Of a stretch of 64,000 bases of DNA, positions 48,968-58,974 are shown one piece after another. A program made the translations under genes and the position numbers. This DNA is from Desulfobacterales bacterium. GTDB lineage: Bacteria; Desulfobacterota; Desulfobacteria; Desulfobacterales; UBA2174. Under the pieces are notes generated by a model that worked only from the letters and a program-made list of their open reading frames with translations, had not been told where the DNA came from and did no database searches. The stretch covers positions 288,001-352,000 of the forward strand of contig CAXXWC010000018.1 in NCBI GenBank assembly GCA_963668645.2, given 5' to 3'. Every line of letters starts with the position of its first letter. The first letter of the stretch is position 1.

Positions 48968-50524
48968 CTAATCAGGCGCTTTTATCGAAGAATCCTGTTT
49001 CAGGATGCGATACAGGGTGGAGATGCTGATTCCCAGATACCGGGCCGCTGCTTTCTTGCCTTTGACGCTGTGGCCGAATTGTTTAAGCGCTCTTTTAACC
49101 TGTTTTTGTTCTGCATGTCTGCGCGCAACGGTCAAATTGGCTGGCGATCCGGGGTCATTTTCATTATCCAGAAAAGATTCATCCCCCAAGCTGCGCCCAT
49201 CTGTGGGTTCAAATCGGTGGGCAAGCATTTCCCGGGTGAGCATTCCTTCTTTGCAGAACTGGACCCCATATTCGATAAAATTTCTTAACTCACGGACGTT
49301 TCCAGGCCACGAGTAGGTCAAGAAAGACTGCATCAACTCGTTGGTTATACCGGATATCTTTTTACCTGCCCGGCCCATGAACTGGTCAAGAAAGTAGTGC
49401 GAAAGATCGGGGATGTCCATTATCCGCTCCCGGAGAGGGGGCGCCGTGATGGGTATGACATTGAGCCGGTAATAGAGGTCAGGGCGAAACAATCCTTTTT
49501 TGACGAGTGCGTGCAGGCTTCGATTCGTGGCCGCGATTACCCTCGCATTCACTGCGATCGTCCGGTTGCTGCCCACCGGCGAGATTTCATGCTCCTGGAG
49601 AAAGCGGAGCAGTTTGACCTGCATATTGAGGGGCAGGTCGGAGATTTCGTCAAGGAAGATTGTGCCTCTGTCGGCCAGCTTCAATAATCCCTTGCGGCCT
49701 TCACTCCGCGCCCCGGAAAACGCTCCGCCGGCATAGCCAAACAGCTCGCTTTCGATCAATGCTTCCGGAATGGCCCCGCAGTTGATTGCGATAAACGGTT
49801 CCTTGCAACGGCGACTGTTTTTATGAAGCGCTTTGGCAATCAATTCTTTGCCGGTCCCGGATTCTCCGTAGATCAATACTGCCGAATCCGATTGGGATGC
49901 GATTAGGATCTGATCTTTCAGCCGGCGCATGGGGAGGCTTTCCCCTATGATGGTCTTCCACCGGTTTTCGCCGATCAAGGCGTCTCGCATGTCCAGGGGA
50001 GAGAAGTCGTCTGCTTCTTGCCTGCCGATGATGCCGATTTCGTAGAATTGCTCGACTATCTGGCAGGTCAATCGAATCGTCTTTTCAGCCTTTTGCAGGA
50101 GATTGATCCGCTGGTGGTGATCGAATGCCACGATTTGCAGGGCACCGATCAGACTTCCGTTGAAGTGCAAAGGGCCGGTGTAGTTTGCCCGGTCGCGGCA
50201 ACGCTGTTTGATCGAACAGGCCAGACAGGCGTCGTCGGCCCCCGGGTTGAGGACCGCAGCCCATTGTCCGGACTGCATGCTGAAGCCCAGGGCCGTGTCG
50301 CTGGGAACGAAAAAGCCGTGCGCCTTTTCATAGGGGCCGGTTCCCGCCACGCACAGATAGTCGGTGTCGATAACGGCTATTTCAACCCCCAGCAGGTCCC
50401 CCAGGGTTTTAAGGATCGGCTGGACAGGCTTCCACCGGGCCAGCGAAGGCGTCTCGCGGTCGAGGCGAATATTATCCGGGCCTGCCCAAATCGGGCTGAA
50501 GTCTTGAACTTGGTAACTTCTCAT
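48968..50524 (-). CDS. Sigma54-dependent transcriptional activator
   Basis: [37 protein letters not shown]. Confidence 0.9.
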   Translation of the reverse strand: MRSYQVQDFSPIWAGPDNIRLDRETPSLARWKPVQPILKTLGDLLGVEIAVIDTDYLCVAGTGPYEKAHGFFVPSDTALGFSMQSGQWAAVLNPGADDACLACSIKQRCRDRANYTGPLHFNGSLIGALQIVAFDHHQRINLLQKAEKTIRLTCQIVEQFYEIGIIGRQEADDFSPLDMRDALIGENRWKTIIGESLPMRRLKDQILIASQSDSAVLIYGESGTGKELIAKALHKNSRRCKEPFIAINCGAIPEALIESELFGYAGGAFSGARSEGRKGLLKLADRGTIFLDEISDLPLNMQVKLLRFLQEHEISPVGSNRTIAVNARVIAATNRSLHALVKKGLFRPDLYYRLNVIPITAPPLRERIMDIPDLSHYFLDQFMGRAGKKISGITNELMQSFLTYSWPGNVRELRNFIEYGVQFCKEGMLTREMLAHRFEPTDGRSLGDESFLDNENDPGSPANLTVARRHAEQKQVKRALKQFGHSVKGKKAAARYLGISISTLYRILKQDSSIKAPD

Positions 50525-50755
50525 CGCTTTCTCATTTGTGAAAAAGGAAAAAGATCTATCTCAGATATGAGAAATTGACAACCCGGTTTTCGACTCGGCG
50601 GCGTGGTGCTGAAAGTCCGGATCTGAAGCGTCGGCCTGAACGCTCCGTTCCAACTGCAGCCTCCGGCGGCTGCGGGTGGGGCGGCGGGATATACGTACAT
50701 CTTGTTGCGTCGGTACATCCCGATCTTGCCCGGTCGGGATGGCTTAAAGGGGATA

Positions 50756-50772
50756 TTGGCATGGTCTCTGCA
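50756..50772 (+). promoter_or_regulatory. Sigma54 (-24/-12) promoter
   Basis: TTGGCATGGTCTCTGCA fits GG-N10-GC. Upstream of the desulfidase and divergent from a bEBP. Confidence 0.75.
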
Positions 50773-50896
50773 AAAGGCCACGGTGGCAGCGGGTAAGGCG
50801 TGCTTTTCCCGCCGCTTTTATCAACCCCTGAATGCACCTTTGAAAGTCTGAATGTTCAATCAGCTTTTTATTCAACCGAACGGATGAGATGGCCTG

Positions 50897-52192
50897 ATGG
50901 ATCTGAACTCTTTTTTCGAAAACGAAGTCAAGCCTTCCCTGGGGTGTACGGAGATAGGCGCGGCAGCCTATGCGGCCGCGGCAGCTGCCAGGCATCTTCG
51001 CGAACCGGCAGAGAAGATCCTCCTGCGCATGTCGATTCCCATCTACAAGAATGGGGTCTCGGTAGGAATCCCGGGGATTTCCGGGCTCCGGGGCATAGGT
51101 CTGGCCGCTGCGCTCGGGGCTGTGGGAGGGGACCCGGACAAAGGGCTTGCCGCCTTGTCGGAGACCAGCGATAGGCACCTGGACAGCGCCAAAGCCTTCT
51201 TCGAACAGGGGCGGGTAACTGAAATCGTTGAAAAGGAGGCGCCCGACGTCTGGCTGGAGGCCACTCTTTTTTCCCGGTCCCATACCAGTGTATGTACCAT
51301 TTCTCACCGGCACGATGCCATTGTGCGTATTGCTGTGGACGGCCAAGACGTCTATCTGGAAGATGAAAATTCTCCCACTCCTGCCGACGACCAGTTGAAC
51401 ATCTTGAAGCGGCTCGATTTCGCCTCTCTTTGGAATCAGGCAATGGCCATCGATTCCAGCCTGGAGGAAACGCTGCTCGAAGGTGTGACCATGAATATCG
51501 AAGCGGCTCGACAAGGCGGGGGGATTTCAGACGGCCTGGATTATCAAGACTCGCCGCGCCCTGCCGGCTCGCAAAATGACCTGGGCCGCGCGATTTCGCA
51601 GGCCGCCGCTGCCGCGTCGCTTTTCAGGATGCGGGGCGGCAGATTGCCCGTCATGAGCAGCGCAGGCAGCGGCAACCACGGAATTACCGCCATTGTCCCG
51701 CTTGCGCTGGTGGCCCGCGATCTGAACTGCACCGGCCGCAGCCTGGCGCAGGCCGTGGCATTGAGCCATCTGGTCTGCGGCTACCTAAAGGCCTATATGG
51801 GCCGGCTTACCCCGACATGTGGCTGTGCCGTTGCGGCCGGAGCCGGCGCGGCGGCCGGAATCGTCCACCTGCACCAGGGAACGGCCGCTCAGGCCGAAAG
51901 TGCGGTGGCCACATTCGTTGCCGCCCTTTTGGGCATGATCTGCGACGGGGCCAAAGAGTCCTGCGCGCTCAAGGTCGGGGCGGCCAGCTTTGAAGCGTAT
52001 ATTTGCGCCATGCTGGCATTGGAAAACGAGGGCTTGAAAGCGACCCAGGGTTTGGTTCCGGCCCGCCTTCCCGAACTCGGACGGATGCTCGAAGCCCTCA
52101 ATGGACGGGTCTTTTCGGAGACGAACCGGGGCATCGTTGATTTGCTGATGGAGCAGGCTTCACTTGAGCGCAGGCGGCAGCCCGATGCTTGA
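50897..52192 (+). CDS. L-cysteine desulfidase (CyuA/YhaM; serine dehydratase alpha-like)
   Basis: PSLGCTE, MSSAGSGNHG, CGCAVAAGAG, GMICDGAKESCALK. Confidence 0.82.
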   Translation: MDLNSFFENEVKPSLGCTEIGAAAYAAAAAARHLREPAEKILLRMSIPIYKNGVSVGIPGISGLRGIGLAAALGAVGGDPDKGLAALSETSDRHLDSAKAFFEQGRVTEIVEKEAPDVWLEATLFSRSHTSVCTISHRHDAIVRIAVDGQDVYLEDENSPTPADDQLNILKRLDFASLWNQAMAIDSSLEETLLEGVTMNIEAARQGGGISDGLDYQDSPRPAGSQNDLGRAISQAAAAASLFRMRGGRLPVMSSAGSGNHGITAIVPLALVARDLNCTGRSLAQAVALSHLVCGYLKAYMGRLTPTCGCAVAAGAGAAAGIVHLHQGTAAQAESAVATFVAALLGMICDGAKESCALKVGAASFEAYICAMLALENEGLKATQGLVPARLPELGRMLEALNGRVFSETNRGIVDLLMEQASLERRRQPDA

Positions 52193-52353
52193 AAGATGCA
52201 GTCACACCGGACGGAATCCTCGTCACGCCCGCATCTCAAATGACCATGCGGGGTCACCTCCGGCCTTGGCGGTCATGCGCCACTTCGATGGACCGGGTGC
52301 TGGGGTCCATGCCCGCAAACTTGAATCTGCGGGCATGGCGCCGGGGTGATCGT

Positions 52354-53442
52354 CTAAAACTCGATGGCCAACTGGGCCACGACCGAATCGATCTCGTCGT
52401 CGTTTTCAAACTCGCCGTGCAGGTATTCGAGGGACACGGTGGTGTGTTCGAATACCCCGTAGCTCACCACACCGCCGTACTGGCTCTCGGGAATCCAGTC
52501 CCCGCCGTCTTTGCTGCCTTCATAGCGCAGGGCAGCTTCCAGCTCGTCGCTGATCGCGTAGGCCAGCTCGAAGTTCCAGGCCCTGGGCTCGAAGCGCTGC
52601 CCGCCGTCGAAGGAAAGCTCGCCGGCCTCGAACTTGTCGGCCGCGGCCACGTACTCGGCTTCGATAAAGATCTTTTCCATCAGGGATACCGATGCAAAAA
52701 GGCTGTACCCGGGGACATGTTCGCGCAAGGTGCCCGGGCCGTCGGAGATATCGTCCTCCAACCCGCCTTCGGCAAGGGTGGAAATGTACGAAGCGCCGAA
52801 GGTCACGTTGGGCAGCGAGACGCTGGCGGCCAGGGTGTAGGCGTTGACCGTGTCGTCGTCGCCGGTCTCGTCGATGTCGGCGTTGAACCCACCGGCCGAA
52901 ATGTCGATCAGGCCGTTGGCAAAACCGATCACGGCCGCCCCCTCGTTGGTCTCACCCAGCACCTGGGTCAACGGATCGGAGATGAAGTGGGTCTCGTAGT
53001 TGCCGAAGGGCACCACCATCTTGCCCGCCTTGAGATAAAACGGCATCTCCTCTTCGGCGCCCAGCACGATGAACCCTTCGTCCACGGTCAGATCATCGTC
53101 CTCCCAGAGAAACACGACCTGGCCGGTGACGTACTTGGCGATTTTGGCTTCCAGCCCGATCTCCACCTTGGCCAGGTCGATGTCGCTCTCTTCGATGTCA
53201 TCGGCGGCCGGATCTGCCGGGTTGAACCGGGAAAAATTGGCCTCGACCTCCACCGTGCCGCTCAGCACCAGGTTTGCCGGCCAGGCACCGGCCGCACCGC
53301 TGCCGGTCAAGGCGCTTTCCACCTTGGCCAGGCGTTCTTCCAGGGCCGACACGCCATCTGCCGCCAGGGCCGGGGCACCGGCCAGGCTGAGGGAAAAGAC
53401 CAGAGCCGCGGCGGCTTTTGTCCATCTGCTTGTTGTCATCAT
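52354..53442 (-). CDS. LbtU-family outer-membrane porin
   Basis: Signal peptide, LSGTVEVEA, GKMVVPFGNYETHFISDPLT, C-terminal QLAIEF. Confidence 0.75.
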   Translation of the reverse strand: MMTTSRWTKAAAALVFSLSLAGAPALAADGVSALEERLAKVESALTGSGAAGAWPANLVLSGTVEVEANFSRFNPADPAADDIEESDIDLAKVEIGLEAKIAKYVTGQVVFLWEDDDLTVDEGFIVLGAEEEMPFYLKAGKMVVPFGNYETHFISDPLTQVLGETNEGAAVIGFANGLIDISAGGFNADIDETGDDDTVNAYTLAASVSLPNVTFGASYISTLAEGGLEDDISDGPGTLREHVPGYSLFASVSLMEKIFIEAEYVAAADKFEAGELSFDGGQRFEPRAWNFELAYAISDELEAALRYEGSKDGGDWIPESQYGGVVSYGVFEHTTVSLEYLHGEFENDDEIDSVVAQLAIEF

Positions 53443-54061
53443 CGATTTCTCCTTTCCACGTGTTTGTTCCAAAAAAAAAGACGCGGCAAAGGTCTGATGC
53501 AATGCATCCCTCGCAGCGTCTTCACTTCTTTCGCGCCGCCAGCCGGCCGAAAGACGTAAGCGTAAACAAAGTATGTTTTAGGGGTCTATTTTTATTTTGG
53601 CTTCATTACACACGAAGCCGGATGTTTGTCAACAGGTTTTGCAGCTTCGGACCGGGAACACGGCGGATTTCCCACCAACGATTTCCCCATCACCCTTCCT
53701 GATACCCGTTCGCACGTGCCCACCATCGGCTGAGCGCCTTCGCGGGCTGCCCCCATGGCGGGCGCTGCGATGGCGCTTTATGGACGTGGAACGGGCTATC
53801 AACCAGGCCCGGCGGATCCGCATCGGGCTGGCCCTGGTGTGCGCTGAATTCAAAGTGTGGATCAACCCGGCATCCGCCACGGCAAAAAGGAAACCGCCGG
53901 TCGGGTCTACCGGGCGCACTGCCCGAGGCGGCAACAAAAAGGCCGCACGATCGTCGGAATTTCGGTTTCCGCATCGATCGCCGGCCTTTTTGTCTATTAC
54001 AGCGTGGGAGTGTCCCGCCCGCCCAAAGCGCACTTCAGACAGGCATGGAAGTGAATCTCAC

Positions 54062-56077
54062 TTATGGCTGGCAGGCCAGCCTGGCGGCCCATTTGGTGTC
54101 GCCCAGCCGGTTTTTGACGCTGATCATGATGTCGCTTCGCCACCGGTCGGCATCCTGGGCCTGGAGTGCCTTCTGGTAGATGCGCCGCGCCCATTCCCGA
54201 TCGTCTATCCGGGTCAGCACGCCCTCTGCCAGGCACTTGAGTTCCCGCGCACCGGCCAGTTTGCCCTCGGCCGCTGCGAACCCTCCGCGCGCGACGTCCC
54301 CAAATCCTTCGATCTGCAGCGCGGCCCGGACGCAGACATCGAAGTCGCCGAAGACCTTGCAGGCACCCTGGGCCTTGGTGAAAAACGCCCGGGTGCGATT
54401 GGTATCGCCGAGGCTCGCCTGCAGCGCCAGGGCTGCGGCGGTGCAGTCCACCACCGTGGCACAGCCTTCCAAGGCGCGGTCGAAGAGCTTGCCGGACCAA
54501 TCGGCGTCATCGAGCTTTTCGAGCACCATCCGCGCCAAACGGACGTAGGCGCCGGGGCCGTCGGCCCGTTTTTCCACCTCAGCGTAGATCGACTTGGCCC
54601 ATTCCTTGTCTTTCAGGTTGGCCAGGATCCCGTCCACGATGCCGTGGATGTCGGCTTCCGCCGTGCGGCCTTCCAGCAATCGGGTGTAGATTTCGCGTAC
54701 CCAGTCTAGATCGGCCAGGTCGGTCGCGATCGCATCGGCCAGGGACAGGGTCTCGGGCAGATAGTGGACGCGTTTGGCTGCCTTGCGATACAGCTTGCGG
54801 GCGTAATGCTTGTCGCCGGTCTGGGCCGTCACGTCTCGGGCCAGGCCCACCAGGGCGCCGGCGGTCTGGCATTCTTCCTCGCGGGCGATGTACGCCTTGT
54901 ACAGGTTGGCATGGGCCTCGCGCTTTTGCTGCTGATCCTTGATCGCCTCGGTCCATTGCGCGGCGTCGGCGTACTGGAGGATCGTTTCGGCAACCTTTTT
55001 GAAATCGTCGTTGCTCTTGACCGCCAGTTCGGCCTGCCGCAGCACCTCCATGGCCCCGGTCCGGTCCTCGATCTGGTCAGCCAGGGCCTTGGCCACGTCC
55101 ACGAGCTGCTTGGTGGTGGGTTCGGCGGTCAGGGTCTTGCGGTACACGGAACCGGCGGCCGCTTTGTCTCCCGTGTCGGCCATGATCGTGCCGGCCAGCT
55201 TGAGCAGTTGGTCGAACTCCGTGAAGAGCGCTTCGGCCCGTGTGTAGATCTCCAGGGCCAGGGCCTGGTCCGAGAGCGACTCGATCACCGATTTGGCCAG
55301 GGCCATGAGGTCCTCGCCCGTTTTCATGCCTTCGGCCGCTTTTCCATAGATCTGCCGAGCGTAGTCCGCGTCCTTCAGGTCCGTGGCCGCAGCCGTAGCC
55401 AGGACCTTGAGCTCCTGGCCGCTGTCCAGCGCGGCCTCCGCCTTGGCGAAGGTCGCCCGCGCCAGGTCGGCGTCCTTGAGCGGGTCCAAGGCGGCCTGGG
55501 CCAGCTTGGCGAAGTCGGCGCCGGTCTTGCATTTTTCGGCCGCCGATTCGAGGATTTCCCTGGCCCGCGCCGCGTCTTCGAGCACCTCGAGCACTCCCCG
55601 GGCACAATCGATGTGGTCGGCCACGGTCTGGCATTTTTCCATAGCCGCCGCCACCGGTTTCCGGGCCTGTTCGGCGTCGCCCAGCAGGGTCTGGATCTTC
55701 TTGCTCAGGGCGAACAGGTCCGCCACCTTGGTGCACTTGGCCTGGGCCGCGTCCAGCACCTCGGCGGCCACCTCGGTCTCGCCGATCTCGGCGGCGGCAC
55801 CGGCCAGCTTGACCAGTTCGTCGGCGTTGGTGCCGAAATCCTTGGCCTGCGCAAGGTACTGCCTGGCCTTTTCCCTGTCCTCTACCGCCTCGGCGGCGCA
55901 CCTGGCGAACAGGATCAGTTCGTCCACCGTCTGGGCCCACTCGGCCCCCTCGTCGAGCAGTTCGCCCGCCCAGGTTTTATCGGAAAGGTCCTGGACGATC
56001 TCCCGCGCAACATTGGTGTAGTCCTCCGAGGTCTCACAGCTTTCGGCCTTCGCCTCCAGTTCTTCCTTCGTGCTCAT
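54062..56077 (-). CDS. Helical (TPR-like) tandem-repeat protein
   Basis: Repeated about 36-aa units of the type D..(W/Y)AR.IY.KA...C.T..D...LA......L.D across the whole protein. Confidence 0.75.
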   Translation of the reverse strand: MSTKEELEAKAESCETSEDYTNVAREIVQDLSDKTWAGELLDEGAEWAQTVDELILFARCAAEAVEDREKARQYLAQAKDFGTNADELVKLAGAAAEIGETEVAAEVLDAAQAKCTKVADLFALSKKIQTLLGDAEQARKPVAAAMEKCQTVADHIDCARGVLEVLEDAARAREILESAAEKCKTGADFAKLAQAALDPLKDADLARATFAKAEAALDSGQELKVLATAAATDLKDADYARQIYGKAAEGMKTGEDLMALAKSVIESLSDQALALEIYTRAEALFTEFDQLLKLAGTIMADTGDKAAAGSVYRKTLTAEPTTKQLVDVAKALADQIEDRTGAMEVLRQAELAVKSNDDFKKVAETILQYADAAQWTEAIKDQQQKREAHANLYKAYIAREEECQTAGALVGLARDVTAQTGDKHYARKLYRKAAKRVHYLPETLSLADAIATDLADLDWVREIYTRLLEGRTAEADIHGIVDGILANLKDKEWAKSIYAEVEKRADGPGAYVRLARMVLEKLDDADWSGKLFDRALEGCATVVDCTAAALALQASLGDTNRTRAFFTKAQGACKVFGDFDVCVRAALQIEGFGDVARGGFAAAEGKLAGARELKCLAEGVLTRIDDREWARRIYQKALQAQDADRWRSDIMISVKNRLGDTKWAARLACQP

Positions 56078-56205
56078 GGGCTCCTCCTTTCCGGGTGGGT
56101 CGGTGTATGCAGTGGACGCAAAATACGTTCCTGTTTACATACTCCAAGGGCGATCACGGACGCAACCGCCAAGTCCGCCCCCGGTTGCACGGTGGCAGAG
56201 GATCG

Positions 56206-56943
56206 TCAGATATTTTCCCGCCTGGCGACGATGCCCTGCCCCTCGACCTGGTTGTATCGCCCGCCGCCGCACATCAGACAGAGACCATGATTTTCACCTT
56301 GAGAGATGGTTTTCGTCGCCATGATCGTTTCTCCGCACCCGGGGCAGACGACGCTCTCGGTTATCGGTGCGTATTCGGGCAGGCGAGGGTGCACCGTTTC
56401 CGTGATCAGAAGCTTTTCGAAAGGAAGCGCCAGAATCGCGTGGGCCGCTTTAAAGCCATAGTTTTTAAAGGCAACCTCATCATCGGCATTTCCCTGCCGG
56501 TTTTTAATGACTTTTTCCATAAACATGTAAAACTCGGGGACCAGCTTATCGATATGGGAACGAAAATCAGGCCGGACCCGGACGCGTACCCCCGTTTCCT
56601 GCCCGCGTATGGCAAAGGTAACTGCAAGACGACCAAGATCGCGGTATACCAAGGCATTATTTCCGAGCGTGCATCCGGAAACCACCTGGACCCCATCTGC
56701 AAAGCAGGCGTTGATCTCGACGATGGCCATGAGATTTTCCAGTCCGTCGGACTGCACCGTTCCATTGCCCAATTGCCACAGGCCGCACACCGAGGCCATC
56801 ACGCCCAGTGCGCTGCCCGGACAGAAGTGGCCGTGAATCTGGGCCGTTCGATTTAAACACCAGACCAGATTCTTGTCGTTTATGGCCTGAATGATTTCGT
56901 TTCTTGGGTTTCGATACTGGTATTCGATTCCGGATTGTTGCAT
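56206..56943 (-). CDS. FmdE/FwdE-family protein with C-terminal Zn finger
   Basis: IHGHFCPGSALG, EINACFADGVQVVSGCTLGN, CPGCGE...CLMC. Confidence 0.88.
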   Translation of the reverse strand: MQQSGIEYQYRNPRNEIIQAINDKNLVWCLNRTAQIHGHFCPGSALGVMASVCGLWQLGNGTVQSDGLENLMAIVEINACFADGVQVVSGCTLGNNALVYRDLGRLAVTFAIRGQETGVRVRVRPDFRSHIDKLVPEFYMFMEKVIKNRQGNADDEVAFKNYGFKAAHAILALPFEKLLITETVHPRLPEYAPITESVVCPGCGETIMATKTISQGENHGLCLMCGGGRYNQVEGQGIVARRENI

Positions 56944-57030
56944 GGCAGATTTCCTTTCTGATCATTTTTTTTTTTGATACTAAAAGTTATGCTCAATCGA
57001 CCCAACTTCAAACCGCCCGGGTACGATGGA

Positions 57031-57859
57031 TTAATCATCCGGTCTTCGGGATGGATGGTGAAAAAGCGGCCTTAGCGGTACGATGTATGGTCTGCCTTCA
57101 ACGCTCTTTACAACAACCTCAACATGATAGACAGAGGCGATATTTTCAGGCGTCAGGACAAAAAGTGGCTCGCCCGAGGATATGACGTTGCCGCGTTTCA
57201 ACATGATGACGTTATCCGCATATCTTGACGTTAAATTAAGATCGTGCAGCGATATGATCGCTGACATATTGTTTTTCCTCACCAGACGCCTTAACAGATC
57301 CATCACTTCAAGCTGGTGCATAATATCGAGGTTGCTTGTTGGTTCGTCAAGCAAAAGGACTTTTGCCTCCTGTGCAATGGCTCTTGCAATCGTCACTTTC
57401 TGCTGCTGGCCGCCGCTGATCGCCCCGAAATCTCTCATTGCGATATCTTCTATATCCAGCAAAGAAAGCGCCTTGGAGACCTTTTCAAGATCCTGTTGGC
57501 TGCGATGGCGATTTGAATGAGGATGCCTGCCCTGCAAGACCATATCGAAAACCGCCCTGCAAGACCATATCGAAAACCGTGGCCGGAAAAATGTCCGGCG
57601 CGGTTTGCGGCACGTATGCCAGATACTTGGCGATCTCCTTTCTGGGCATGGCGCTTATCGATTTTCCGCTCAACTCGATGCTTCCGGTTTGATGCCTGAG
57701 AAGTCCATCTATACATTTTAACAAGGTGGATTTTCCGGCACCGTTTGGACCTATCAGGGCCAATATTTGCCGTGGTTTTAGCGAAAAGGTAATATTCTCG
57801 AGAACCGGCTGCATGCCATAAGCAAAGCTTAAATCGTTGATCTTGAGTTCTATAGCCAG
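57031..57859 (-). pseudogene. Iron-chelate/cobalamin ABC ATPase, frameshifted
   Basis: GPNGAGKS in ORF 57485-57814 and SGGQQQ/LLLDEPT in ORF 57031-57543, split by a 25-bp tandem duplication. Start codon uncertain. Confidence 0.85.
57529..57578. repeat. Perfect 25-bp tandem duplication
   Basis: GCCCTGCAAGACCATATCGAAAACC twice. Confidence 0.95.
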
Positions 57860-58974
57860 AATTCACCCCTGTTTTTCATGATTAGATAGATAAAGAGAGG
57901 CACGCCCATAAACGATGTCATTACCCCTATCGGGATGACGGTGGGTGCGATGATATGCATGGCTACCATATCCGATCCGCTGAGAAGCAGAGCGCCGATA
58001 AGTCCTGCTGCCGGTACGATAAAACGGTTGTCTCCGCCCAAAATCATCCTCGATATGTGCGGTGCGACAAGTCCGACGAACCCGATCGTTCCGGTAAAGC
58101 AGATGGTCGTTGCCGTTAAAAGCGATGCAGCCACCAACATCAGAATCCGGGTTCGCTGGACGTTTACGCCCAGGCTTGCGGCGACATCATCTCCGGCATT
58201 CATCATGTTGAGATCTTCCGATTTCAACAAAAGATATGGAACACATATGAACATTATCGGAAGCAGGAACCTCAAACTGCTCCAGGTTGATCTGGCAAGG
58301 CTGCCGACCATCCAGAAAACCACTTCAGCTACAGCCCATGACTCGGCAAAGTACTGCATCATGGTCGTGCCGGCGCTGAAAAGATACGACAAGGCGATGC
58401 CGGCCAGCACCATGGTTCCGGGTTTGGCTCCCTTGGATCGGGACAGACCTAATATGATAAAAGAGGTGAATAGTGAAAACACAAATGCGTTGATGACTAC
58501 AAAATAGGTGCCTCCTCCAACGCCTTTACCAAAAAGTATGGCCAGGGCCGCACCGAATCCGGCGCCTGATGATATGCCTAAGGTAAAAGGGCTCGCCAAA
58601 GGGTTTCGCAACACCGTCTGCATCACGGCACCCGCAACGGCAAGGCTGCAACCGGCGGCAAGTCCCATGAGAAGCCTGGGCATTCTCATATACCATATCG
58701 CTCTTTCAGCCACTTCACTTGGAGACGAAAAATAATCCGGTAAGAATCGATTCAGAATCGTAGCATAAACTTCAAAAATTGAAATCTTCAACGGCCCCAG
58801 CGTAATGGAAAAAGTCGCCAGGATTCCTGTGGCTGTCACAAGCGCCAGAATGAACAATCGCTTCCTTTTTGCATGTTTTTTATAGTTAATCAGAACCTGG
58901 GGGTTGAGGGGTGCCTGCATTAATCTTACATCCATACTTTCTGAATGAATATTTATGCGTTTTAAGCAGCTCAA
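57850..58974 (-). CDS. FecCD/BtuC-family ABC permease
   Basis: RMPRLL, LRNPLASPFTLGISSGA, GTIGFVGLVAPHI. Confidence 0.92.
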   Translation of the reverse strand: MSCLKRINIHSESMDVRLMQAPLNPQVLINYKKHAKRKRLFILALVTATGILATFSITLGPLKISIFEVYATILNRFLPDYFSSPSEVAERAIWYMRMPRLLMGLAAGCSLAVAGAVMQTVLRNPLASPFTLGISSGAGFGAALAILFGKGVGGGTYFVVINAFVFSLFTSFIILGLSRSKGAKPGTMVLAGIALSYLFSAGTTMMQYFAESWAVAEVVFWMVGSLARSTWSSLRFLLPIMFICVPYLLLKSEDLNMMNAGDDVAASLGVNVQRTRILMLVAASLLTATTICFTGTIGFVGLVAPHISRMILGGDNRFIVPAAGLIGALLLSGSDMVAMHIIAPTVIPIGVMTSFMGVPLFIYLIMKNRGEFWL

